64,000 bases of DNA, from positions 138,508 to 202,507 of the forward strand of contig JBBDTI010000075.1 of the NCBI GenBank assembly GCA_040904565.1, read 5' to 3'. The stretch comes from Rhodothermales bacterium. GTDB taxonomy: Bacteria > Bacteroidota > Rhodothermia > Rhodothermales > VXPQ01. Numbering within the stretch: the first letter of the stretch is position 1; every line of letters begins with the position of its first letter. Positions 23,679 through 32,053 of the stretch are shown here, piece after piece. The translations under genes and the position numbers were made by a program. Under the pieces are notes generated by a model. The model made no database searches, was not told the DNA's origin, and saw nothing but the letters and a program-made list of their open reading frames with translations.

Positions 23679-26600
23679 TTAGCGGCCGGCGGATTTTGAA
23701 AGCGACTCGTAATACTTCTCGACGAGCTCCCGATATTCGGGTGGAACGTTCCCGGGGCGGCTCCCGTGCAGTTTCTTTGCCATGCTGATGCGATCCAGTT
23801 CTCGCAGCAGCTCTTCTTCGAGCTGCGACAGGGGCGCAAAGATTTCCCGTTCGAAAAATGCTCGTGCCGCTTCCCCTTCGAGCGTCACGTTGGGATTGTC
23901 CGCTCTGGACACAGCGCGGCTGAGATTGTCGAGCGCACCACCGGCGGGCGTGCCTCCGAGGTCTTCCTGCATCCGGCGTATTTGCTCCCTGGCCCTGTCG
24001 AGCCGAGCCTGTCGGCTTGCCGCGCCGGCTCGCGCAGCGCGATCTCCGCCACCCTGCCCGGATGAGGCCTCTCCGGAAGACGACGGCTGGTCTCCGCCCT
24101 GTCCTTCCGCCGGCTCGCCCTGGCCTTCACCACCCGCCGATCCCCGGGCTGCTTCCCCAGTCTGCTGGTCTCCGCTGGACGGTCCGGCCTGCTCGTCGCG
24201 CAGGCGCTCGAGTTCGCGTTCGAGCTCTCGAAGCGACTGCATCGACCTCGCGAGCCGCTCTTCGTCCGTCACCGGAAGCTGTCCCTCGAAAGCACGCATC
24301 TCCTGTTCGAGGCGCTCCATGCCGCGGCGGATACTCTCCTGCCGGCGCTCCGCGTTGTCGAGCCATCCCCGCACGATGGCCCGCTCGGAATCGTCCATCT
24401 GCTCTTCGAGCGCCTCGCGCCGCAATCCCTGCCGCAGGTTTCGCGCCGCGGAGGCGATCTCGGGCGTGTCGGCGTGCTCTTCCGCGACGCGCTCTACCTG
24501 CTCCCGGAATCGCTCCAGCGCCTCGCGATTCGACCTGCGCCGCTCGGCCAGCTCTTCCAGGCCTTCCGCATCCAGCCGGCCCTCCTCCTGCGCCTCCCGC
24601 GCTGCGCGCTGGAGATCGCGTGCCAGCGCCTCTTCCTGCTCGCGCATCCCGTCGAATTCGCGGTCCATTTCCTGCAGTGCCTCCCGACGGCCGTCGTTCG
24701 TCGCCACCCGCATGTCGCGCGTCATCCGTTCCAGCTCGTTCACGGCCTGCTGCTGCCGCGCGCGAGCCCGGTCTACGTCACCGTCGCGCAGCGCCTCCTG
24801 CGCCTCCTGCATGTTGCGGGTTATGCGTTCGAGCTGTTCCCGTGCCTCTTCGCTGGAACGTCCGTTCCGGCTCTGCATGCCGCGCATCTGCCGCGCAAGC
24901 TGCTGCGCCTCTCGCCTCAGCTCGTCCTGGTCCCGCGTAAGGCGTTCCACCTGCCGACGCTGCTCCTCACCTTCGAGCTCCTGACGGCTCTGGTTGGCCA
25001 GGTTCTGTTGACGCCTGGAGAGTTCACGCAGCCGCTGAAGCGCCTCGTCCATCTCTCCGCCGGCTCCGGCGGACTGACCCGAACGTTCGGGGAGCACCTC
25101 GTACTTATCCTTCGAGATATCCAGCTCGAGGTCCATCAGCTCCGTCATGCGCTCCTCCGTAGCACCGCCCCCGCCGCCTCCCTGGTTGCCTCGATTGAGG
25201 GCCACGTTCTGCTCGCGATTCAGCGCGTCCGCTTTCAGCAGCGCGTTGAGTGCCTCGCGTTCGGGCGTGAGCGCCTCACGGAGTCGATTCGCATTCAACT
25301 CGATGACGGCACCGCCCATCGCCTCGACGGCGCTCCGGAGCAGCTCGACGACACGCCGACTGTCGTCGTCCGTCTGGAGCTCGACGGAAAACGCGGTGCT
25401 GCTGATGCGTTCCTGAATGTTGCCTCGCAGGCTCTCCTGAGCCTGGACGAGCGCGCGGCGTGACGATTCGAACTCCTCCTCATTCATTCGATCCCGCTCT
25501 CGTACGAGCCGCCACGTGGCCGCAATAATCTGCTGCTGATTGAGCACGATGGCACTCTGTCCACCGCCCCCCTGCATACCGCCCGCCGTCACCTGCCTGT
25601 ATTCCTGATCGAACGGAATCACCTCGATGAAATACATGTCGCTCATCTCGGGCGACTCGTGGAAGGCATCTTCCGCTTCCACGAAATACGATATGACGTC
25701 ACCCGGCTCCAGGGCGTAGTCCTCGAGGAAGAAGAGATGTTCTCCCTCAACCTCCCTGGCCCGCTCATTCCGGGCGTCGTTCAATACGACCGTCTGCTCC
25801 TCACCGGCATTGACGGCGAACCGGAGCCGTACGTCCTCGATCCCGAAATCGTCCTCGACTCGCACGGCCATGAGCACCTCTTCGATCGCATTCGCCCTCA
25901 CGTCGCGCTGCGGATCCGTAATCGTGATGCGCGGCCGCTGATCGTCGATCGGTATGACCTGATATTCGTCAGGAAACTTGTTCTCTTTCCCCTGATCGTC
26001 GACCAGTCGAATGTGGTACAGTCCCTCGAAATCGAGCTTCATCAATGCTCTAAAGCGGCCGGCGTCCGTCCGCTCGAGGGGAATGCGAACGCCATCGTCT
26101 CGGACCAGCTCTCCCTCAACGGCATTACCCGTCGTGGACACGTCGATCGACACGTCGGATCCGCGAAGACCGAAAATGTCGCCGGTACCCTCCTCCGTCT
26201 CAGGGGCCATTCCGGTATACTGGGGATAGGCATAGGTTACGTCGATACTGCTGACGGACGGAAACGTGTACAACGATACGGTGAAGACATCCGACCGCTG
26301 CTCGTCGTGCTGGACGAAGTACTCCAGCGGCTGCTGCACCGACACAAATTCGTGGAGATAATCGGGCTGACCGATCGCCGGGCGCATCACCTCCCGCTGC
26401 CACTCGCCATCCGCGTTCCGATAATTGATGACGACATCGCGATCGGTTTCCTCTCGCAGTGAAACCACGACGTCCTGCGATCCACCTCTCTCAATCTCTA
26501 CGTCACCGGGATCGATCGTCATGAAGGGCAGGCTTACCGGCATCAATTCGGACAGACTGCCGCTGCCGATCGTCAGGCGCACGTCGTCGATCGCGGAATA

Positions 26601-27098
26601 GCCCAGAATGAGAAAGAAAGCCAGTGCGATCGCACTGGCGCCGGCGAGCATCCGCTCCCGGTGTCGATCTACGACCGTCGTCAGCGGTACGCTTCGAGCA
26701 CGCTCTGCCGCATCGTCGATGAGCCGGTCTACCAGGATACCGTGCGCACGCCGGGCGGAGGCCGGATCGTCGATTTCGACGGCACTGTTGAGCCGATCCT
26801 GCAGCTCCGGAACGCGCTCCTCAATCAGGAGGGCGATCCGTTCGTCGGGGATACGCCGCAGCGCCGGCCGAACGATGAACTGAACCCCGAGTCCGATCAC
26901 CAGGAGTCCGCCTACCACGGCAAGCACCAGCAGGACGATCGGCGGAAGTTCGACGACCCGGTACAGCAACAGGAGACCCAGACCCCATCCGGCGAGGACG
27001 CCGACCGTGACGGCCGTACCCTGCAGCATGGCACGCCGCCGCCAGCGGGAGCGAATATCCCGAATCAGTTCGCGAACTCGAATTCGACTGTACGACAT
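23679..27098 (-). CDS. DUF4175-like membrane-anchored long coiled-coil protein
   Basis: Three N-terminal TM, LQDRLNSAVE, beta-rich domains (YPQYTG, DDFGI, PGDVISYFVEAED), about 600 aa E/Q/R-rich helical region, C-terminal VPPEYRELVEKYYESL. Confidence 0.75.
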   Translation of the reverse strand: MSYSRIRVRELIRDIRSRWRRRAMLQGTAVTVGVLAGWGLGLLLLYRVVELPPIVLLVLAVVGGLLVIGLGVQFIVRPALRRIPDERIALLIEERVPELQDRLNSAVEIDDPASARRAHGILVDRLIDDAAERARSVPLTTVVDRHRERMLAGASAIALAFFLILGYSAIDDVRLTIGSGSLSELMPVSLPFMTIDPGDVEIERGGSQDVVVSLREETDRDVVINYRNADGEWQREVMRPAIGQPDYLHEFVSVQQPLEYFVQHDEQRSDVFTVSLYTFPSVSSIDVTYAYPQYTGMAPETEEGTGDIFGLRGSDVSIDVSTTGNAVEGELVRDDGVRIPLERTDAGRFRALMKLDFEGLYHIRLVDDQGKENKFPDEYQVIPIDDQRPRITITDPQRDVRANAIEEVLMAVRVEDDFGIEDVRLRFAVNAGEEQTVVLNDARNERAREVEGEHLFFLEDYALEPGDVISYFVEAEDAFHESPEMSDMYFIEVIPFDQEYRQVTAGGMQGGGGQSAIVLNQQQIIAATWRLVRERDRMNEEEFESSRRALVQAQESLRGNIQERISSTAFSVELQTDDDSRRVVELLRSAVEAMGGAVIELNANRLREALTPEREALNALLKADALNREQNVALNRGNQGGGGGGATEERMTELMDLELDISKDKYEVLPERSGQSAGAGGEMDEALQRLRELSRRQQNLANQSRQELEGEEQRRQVERLTRDQDELRREAQQLARQMRGMQSRNGRSSEEAREQLERITRNMQEAQEALRDGDVDRARARQQQAVNELERMTRDMRVATNDGRREALQEMDREFDGMREQEEALARDLQRAAREAQEEGRLDAEGLEELAERRRSNREALERFREQVERVAEEHADTPEIASAARNLRQGLRREALEEQMDDSERAIVRGWLDNAERRQESIRRGMERLEQEMRAFEGQLPVTDEERLARSMQSLRELERELERLRDEQAGPSSGDQQTGEAARGSAGGEGQGEPAEGQGGDQPSSSGEASSGQGGGDRAARAGAASRQARLDRAREQIRRMQEDLGGTPAGGALDNLSRAVSRADNPNVTLEGEAARAFFEREIFAPLSQLEEELLRELDRISMAKKLHGSRPGNVPPEYRELVEKYYESLSKSAGR

Positions 27099-27150
27099 GC
27101 TGGTTCCTCGTTCCCTGCTTCGTTCGGTGTGCTGCGTCGCCTTCGTCTGC

Positions 27151-29241
27151 CTACCGTCTACCTCTTGCCTGCGCCGGTTGTCGCTGCAGCGGTGGTCCCG
27201 TCGGATTCCGCTTCCGTGCACCGCGATTCGCGAAATACGTCTCCACCATGAACAGCGCCAGGACGGCGATCAGGAGCACTCGCCACAGTTTCTGGCTCCG
27301 CTCGTCCGTCTCCAGCGCCGCTGCCGACGCCTCTTCCGGCGTGACCGCCACGTCATCCTGCGGCGGAGCGACGGCGGCGTACGCCTCCTCCGCGTCCCGT
27401 CGCCTCAAATCCGACTCCTGCGGGTCGACGTTCACGGAGAACAACGTCCGTCCTGCCTCCGACGCCGCGGCATAGTGGCCGGGCACCTCCGTCTCGCGAA
27501 AGTAGCCGCGGCCCTGTTCGTCCAGCGTGACCCGATAGAGGTGGTCACCCGGGGTTCGGATTTCCACCGTTTCCGCCGCACGTCCTTCCAGCGGAACGGG
27601 ATCACCGACGAGATAGGTATTCGACCGGGCTGACGCGCCGACGCCGTACCGAACGAGCTGATAGAGAAACGGAACATACATCTCATCGAGCGGGAGGTCG
27701 GTCCACGCCGTGTTCAGCGAAGAGGCATAGAACACGACTCGGCCGTTCCCGACCGCGCGCTCGGCCAGGAACACGTCTCCGCTGTCGAAGCGCCCGAGAA
27801 CGGTGGTCCCCTCCGCCGGGATGAGCCGGGCATACTGCCGAAACTGCGGACGAAGAATCGCCGCGCGCCCGTTGCCCCGGAACGGCTCGAAGATCGGATG
27901 GCGCACCTCGATTTCCCCGATAATCACCTCATATCCTAACTGATCGCGAGCCTCGACGATCCCCTCGATCCTCCCCATCCCGAACGCCTCGATCGTGCTC
28001 GAAAGCGATCCGGCGCCGAACGCCTCGGACGCCGTGATGACCAGCGTCCCTCCTTCTTCCACAAACCGCTGGAGGAGCGATCGGTCGCTCGCCGTGACGG
28101 CGGCCGAGAGGAACGTCACCTGTGCGTTATCGAGTACGCCCACGGTTGGACGCTCTGCCGCGCTGAACCCAAACCGCGCACCCTCGTCGAGATCGAACAC
28201 GCTACGCAGATAAAACGCAGGACGCCGACCTGTTTCAGCCGGCGCATCGATCGCGAGTACGTTCGGCCGGCCGTCCATCCGGTCCGTAAAGTAAAAGCGG
28301 TCGTCGTCGGGAAGGTCATCGGAATCGACGGAGAGTGTGCCCTGATAATAGCCTTCACGGGTGACGTACTGCTGAAACGTAACGGGGGCCGAGGCACGCC
28401 CGGGCAGCTGCTGACGGTCTACCTCCACCCCATCTACCACGAGGGATACGGTCCGGCTACGCTGAGCGGCACCCCCGATCGCCGCCACGCGAGCATCGAA
28501 GCGAACCGCTTCTCCCTCTGCGGCCGAGCGCGTTGCCAGCTCGAATGCCTCCACGTACGCATTGTCCGGCTCGCCCGACGCCACCGAGACGGGCTCGAAG
28601 ATCGTCCCGGACTGCAGCGTCCAGTCGGCGAGGGATCCCGACCAGCCGACTTCCTGAAAGTCGGAAACCATCACCACGACACGTCGATCGTGCCGGGCGT
28701 CGGCGAGAACGTCTTCGGCGCGCTGCAGCGCCGGAAAGAAGTCCGTCGTCCGATATCCGGCTTCCAGCATGCCCAGTGCACTTGCGTGCACGGTGGGATC
28801 GGCATCCAGGCTCGACAGCATCTGGACCCGGTCGTCGAAAGCGATAATCGCTATCTCGTCGTCCGGTCCCGCTGTTTCGATGCGCTGTCGGACGGCGCTG
28901 AGGGCCCGATCGAATGTGTCGCCGTGCCGCATACTGAGTGACCGGTCTATCAGCACGACGACGGACTCGCTCGCTCGCTGATCGACGAAGGGAAGCTGCT
29001 CCGAAGGCAGATACGGACGCGCGAAGACCAGAGCCAGCAGAGCAAGCAAAGCGGCGCGCGCCAGCATCAGCAGGCGATCCTTCAAGCGTCGCTTACGGAT
29101 AAGTTCCTTGGGCGTTGCCTTCAGGAACTTGAGCGAACTGAAGGGTACCGTCCTCGCACGCATTCGGCGGACGAGATGGTACAGCACCGGCAGCACGGCG
29201 GCTGCCGTGGCGAACAGGAATATGGAATTGATGAATGACAC
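27151..29241 (-). CDS. BatA-domain / vWA membrane protein
   Basis: BatA N-terminus (FINSIFL...PVLYHL...VPFSSLKFL...FARPY); MIDAS DRSLS...T...VSDFQ; RFVEEGGTLVI; FSVNVDPQESDL; C-terminal TM. Confidence 0.85.
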   Translation of the reverse strand: MSFINSIFLFATAAAVLPVLYHLVRRMRARTVPFSSLKFLKATPKELIRKRRLKDRLLMLARAALLALLALVFARPYLPSEQLPFVDQRASESVVVLIDRSLSMRHGDTFDRALSAVRQRIETAGPDDEIAIIAFDDRVQMLSSLDADPTVHASALGMLEAGYRTTDFFPALQRAEDVLADARHDRRVVVMVSDFQEVGWSGSLADWTLQSGTIFEPVSVASGEPDNAYVEAFELATRSAAEGEAVRFDARVAAIGGAAQRSRTVSLVVDGVEVDRQQLPGRASAPVTFQQYVTREGYYQGTLSVDSDDLPDDDRFYFTDRMDGRPNVLAIDAPAETGRRPAFYLRSVFDLDEGARFGFSAAERPTVGVLDNAQVTFLSAAVTASDRSLLQRFVEEGGTLVITASEAFGAGSLSSTIEAFGMGRIEGIVEARDQLGYEVIIGEIEVRHPIFEPFRGNGRAAILRPQFRQYARLIPAEGTTVLGRFDSGDVFLAERAVGNGRVVFYASSLNTAWTDLPLDEMYVPFLYQLVRYGVGASARSNTYLVGDPVPLEGRAAETVEIRTPGDHLYRVTLDEQGRGYFRETEVPGHYAAASEAGRTLFSVNVDPQESDLRRRDAEEAYAAVAPPQDDVAVTPEEASAAALETDERSQKLWRVLLIAVLALFMVETYFANRGARKRNPTGPPLQRQPAQARGRR

Positions 29242-29265
29242 GTCGAAGGGCTTATCTGGTAGGAG

Positions 29266-30153
29266 CTATACGCGTTTTGCCCGGGCGGCAAGATATTCGA
29301 ACAGCGCGAAGTCGAGCGGTTGATCGGTAGACAGGAGGTGATAATCGATTCCCATGCGTCCGCATGCGCGCCGAAGCTTTGACGTAAACTCGTTCAGGTT
29401 CACCAGATACGCCTCCCGGGCCGACTCGGCGGCCACGAGGTATTTTTCCCCGGTCTCCAGATCCTCGAACTCCACCATATCCGAATAGTCGAATGAGAGC
29501 TCCTGTGGATCCATCACGTGGAACACGATCACCTCGTGGCCCTGATACCGGAAATGACGGAGTCCGTCCGCGATCGCATCCGCATCATCGAGCAGATCGG
29601 AAATGAGGACGACGAATCCGCGGCGGCGGCGGCGTTCGGCCAGCTCGTGGAGCGGTTTCCCCATATCGGTCTGCGTCCCCGGCTTCGCGCGCTCGAGGAT
29701 TTCGAGCAGCGTGTGCAGGTGTCCCGTCGTGCTCTTCGCCGGGATGTGATTGACGATCTTGTCGTCAAACAACGTGAGTCCGGCCCCGTCGCGCTGCCGG
29801 ATGATGAGATAGGCGAGCGAAGCGGCCAGGTACGATCCGTAGGCTCGCTTCGAAAGTCCGTTCGAGCCGAATTCCATCGACCCGCTGATATCCAGCAGGA
29901 TGTCCAGCGACGTATTCGTTTCGTCCTCAAACTCCTTGACGTAATACCGATCCGACCGCGCGTACAGCTTCCAGTCGACGTGCATGAGGTCGTCGCCCGG
30001 GATGTAGGGGCGGTACGACATGAACTCCACCGAAAAGCCCTTATAGGGGCTTCGATGGAGTCCGGCCACGAAACCTTCCACGACGGACCGTGCCCGCAGC
30101 TCCATGTTGGAGATTCGGGACAGGACCGTGGGTTCTATAAAACGAGTGGCCAT
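29266..30153 (-). CDS. DUF58 vWA-like MoxR partner
   Basis: GLHRSPYKGFSVEFMSYRPYIPGDD..HVDWKLYARSD, LDISGSM, VLISDL. Confidence 0.93.
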   Translation of the reverse strand: MATRFIEPTVLSRISNMELRARSVVEGFVAGLHRSPYKGFSVEFMSYRPYIPGDDLMHVDWKLYARSDRYYVKEFEDETNTSLDILLDISGSMEFGSNGLSKRAYGSYLAASLAYLIIRQRDGAGLTLFDDKIVNHIPAKSTTGHLHTLLEILERAKPGTQTDMGKPLHELAERRRRRGFVVLISDLLDDADAIADGLRHFRYQGHEVIVFHVMDPQELSFDYSDMVEFEDLETGEKYLVAAESAREAYLVNLNEFTSKLRRACGRMGIDYHLLSTDQPLDFALFEYLAARAKRV

Positions 30154-30223
30154 TTCGGAAGGTCTTCATTTCGGTAAGCGGCATCGCGACCTCGCGCCGC
30201 GCGTCGATTCCCGCTACGGGGGC

Positions 30224-31270
30224 TTACTCGAGTCCGGATGCGGGCTCCGGAATATGTTCGAGCAACATGTCGATGACCTGCTCGACGTCGACGTTCTCGG
30301 ACTCCGCGTAGAAATTCGTCAGAACGCGGTGGCGAAGCACCGGATAGGCGAGATGGCGGATATCCTCGACGGCCACGTTGTATCGGTCGTGAAACACCGC
30401 ACGCACCTTGGAACCCAGCAGTAGATATTGCGTCGCCCGCAGTCCGGCACCCCAGCTGACCCACTCTCGGACGAAGTCGGGGGCTTCCGCTTCATCGGGT
30501 CGCGTACTGCGAACGAGGTTCACGGCGAACTGCGCCACGTTGCGGGGTACGTACACCTTCTTAACGAGCTGCTGAAATGCCAGGATATCATCCCCCGAAA
30601 GAATTCGATCCAGGCTTTCTTCCTGCTTCGACGTGGTCGAGAGCGCCACCTCGAGCTCGTCGTCCGCGGAGAGATAGTCGATGACGATGTTGAACATAAA
30701 CCGATCGAGCTGTGCTTCGGGAAGCGGGTACGTCCCTTCGAGTTCGATCGGATTCTGCGTCGCAAGCACGAAAAAGGGACGTTCGAGCGGCATCAGCTCC
30801 CCGCCGGCCGTCACCTGATATTCCTGCATGGCCTCGAGCAGTGCCGCCTGCGTCTTCGGCGGCGTGCGGTTGATCTCATCGGCCAGAATAATGTTGGCGA
30901 AGATCGGTCCGCGAACGAACTTGATCTCCCGCTTTCCGGAGGTCCGATCTTCCTCAATGATGTCGATCCCGGTGATATCCGCCGGCATCAGATCCGGCGT
31001 GAACTGGATTCGCTTGTAGCTCAGATCGAGAATTTCTCCGAGCGACTTGATGAGCAGGGTCTTCGCCAGGCCGGGTACCCCGGTAATAAGGCAGTGGCCG
31101 CCGGCGAAAAGCGAAATGAGGACCTGCTCGATCACCTCATGCTGGCCTACGATGCGTTTGCGGAGCTGCTCGATGATGCGTTCCTTGCCTTCCTGAAGGC
31201 GGGCGAGCACGGCCTCGTCTTCGCGCGGATCGAGCGATCCATTACGGTCTCGCTGGGGTATTTCCGACAT
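30224..31270 (-). CDS. moxR: MoxR-family AAA+ ATPase (copy 2)
   Basis: GVPGLAKT, RIQFTPDLMPAD, LADEINRTPPKTQAALLEAM, YPLPEAQLDRF. Confidence 0.95.
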   Translation of the reverse strand: MSEIPQRDRNGSLDPREDEAVLARLQEGKERIIEQLRKRIVGQHEVIEQVLISLFAGGHCLITGVPGLAKTLLIKSLGEILDLSYKRIQFTPDLMPADITGIDIIEEDRTSGKREIKFVRGPIFANIILADEINRTPPKTQAALLEAMQEYQVTAGGELMPLERPFFVLATQNPIELEGTYPLPEAQLDRFMFNIVIDYLSADDELEVALSTTSKQEESLDRILSGDDILAFQQLVKKVYVPRNVAQFAVNLVRSTRPDEAEAPDFVREWVSWGAGLRATQYLLLGSKVRAVFHDRYNVAVEDIRHLAYPVLRHRVLTNFYAESENVDVEQVIDMLLEHIPEPASGLE

Positions 31271-31277
31271 GAGTGCC

Positions 31278-32000
31278 TCAGTGCGTCAGTGCATACAAAA
31301 CGAAATTCACGCCCATCTGAAAGGCGATCGTAGAAGACTGCTCGATGTTGCGCTCGGGCCATTCCCAACCGTCGCCGATATCCTGATTGTACAGGAGCAG
31401 GGCGATCATCCGGCCGTCGTCGCCGAACAGTGCGTAATACCGGTCTTCATAGCCTCCGGGACCGAAGCCGAATCCACCCCCACTCACCATGGAAGGAGCG
31501 GCCACGGGATCGACGTCGTAATACAGGCTCCAGATCGCATGATCAGGCGCAAGCTCGACCGGATCCCGGTCCGGGTAGAGGCGCTTGAGCTGGCTGTTAA
31601 GCTGCTCGAGCTCTCGTCTCCCGCGAAAATCGTCGAACAGGATGAATCCACCGCGGTCCAGATACTCCCGGAGGTTCTCTACGTCATCCTCTCCCATCTC
31701 CCAGTACCCCGGCTCGCACAGATAGAGCACCGGGTATTCGAAGATGCGGTCGTCGTCGAGGGTCAGCACGAGTGGGGGCCCTTCGACGTAGATTTGCGTG
31801 GTCCGCTCGAGCGCTTCATAAAAATGCAATTCTGCCGTCGGATGGTCGTGACTCCACGGTGCACCGCCTCGAGAGCGTCCGCCCGCGCCGTCGGCATCGA
31901 AGCGAATGCGGACGAACCGAAAGCCATCATCGTCCGTCCCGCTCCTCGGGGCGGGAAGAACGAGGCCGATCGCCATCACAATGGTTGCGAGCTGGTACAT
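31278..32000 (-). CDS. Exported DUF4159-family protein
   Basis: Signal peptide; FRFVRIRF, WSHDHPTAE, YPVLYL, NLREYLDRGGFILFDDF, DIGDGWE, FQMGVNFVLYALTH. Confidence 0.85.
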   Translation of the reverse strand: MYQLATIVMAIGLVLPAPRSGTDDDGFRFVRIRFDADGAGGRSRGGAPWSHDHPTAELHFYEALERTTQIYVEGPPLVLTLDDDRIFEYPVLYLCEPGYWEMGEDDVENLREYLDRGGFILFDDFRGRRELEQLNSQLKRLYPDRDPVELAPDHAIWSLYYDVDPVAAPSMVSGGGFGFGPGGYEDRYYALFGDDGRMIALLLYNQDIGDGWEWPERNIEQSSTIAFQMGVNFVLYALTH

Positions 32001-32053
32001 ACGGTAGACACGGATGCCGGACGTCCCGGCTGCTACTTAATCCACAAAGCTGC

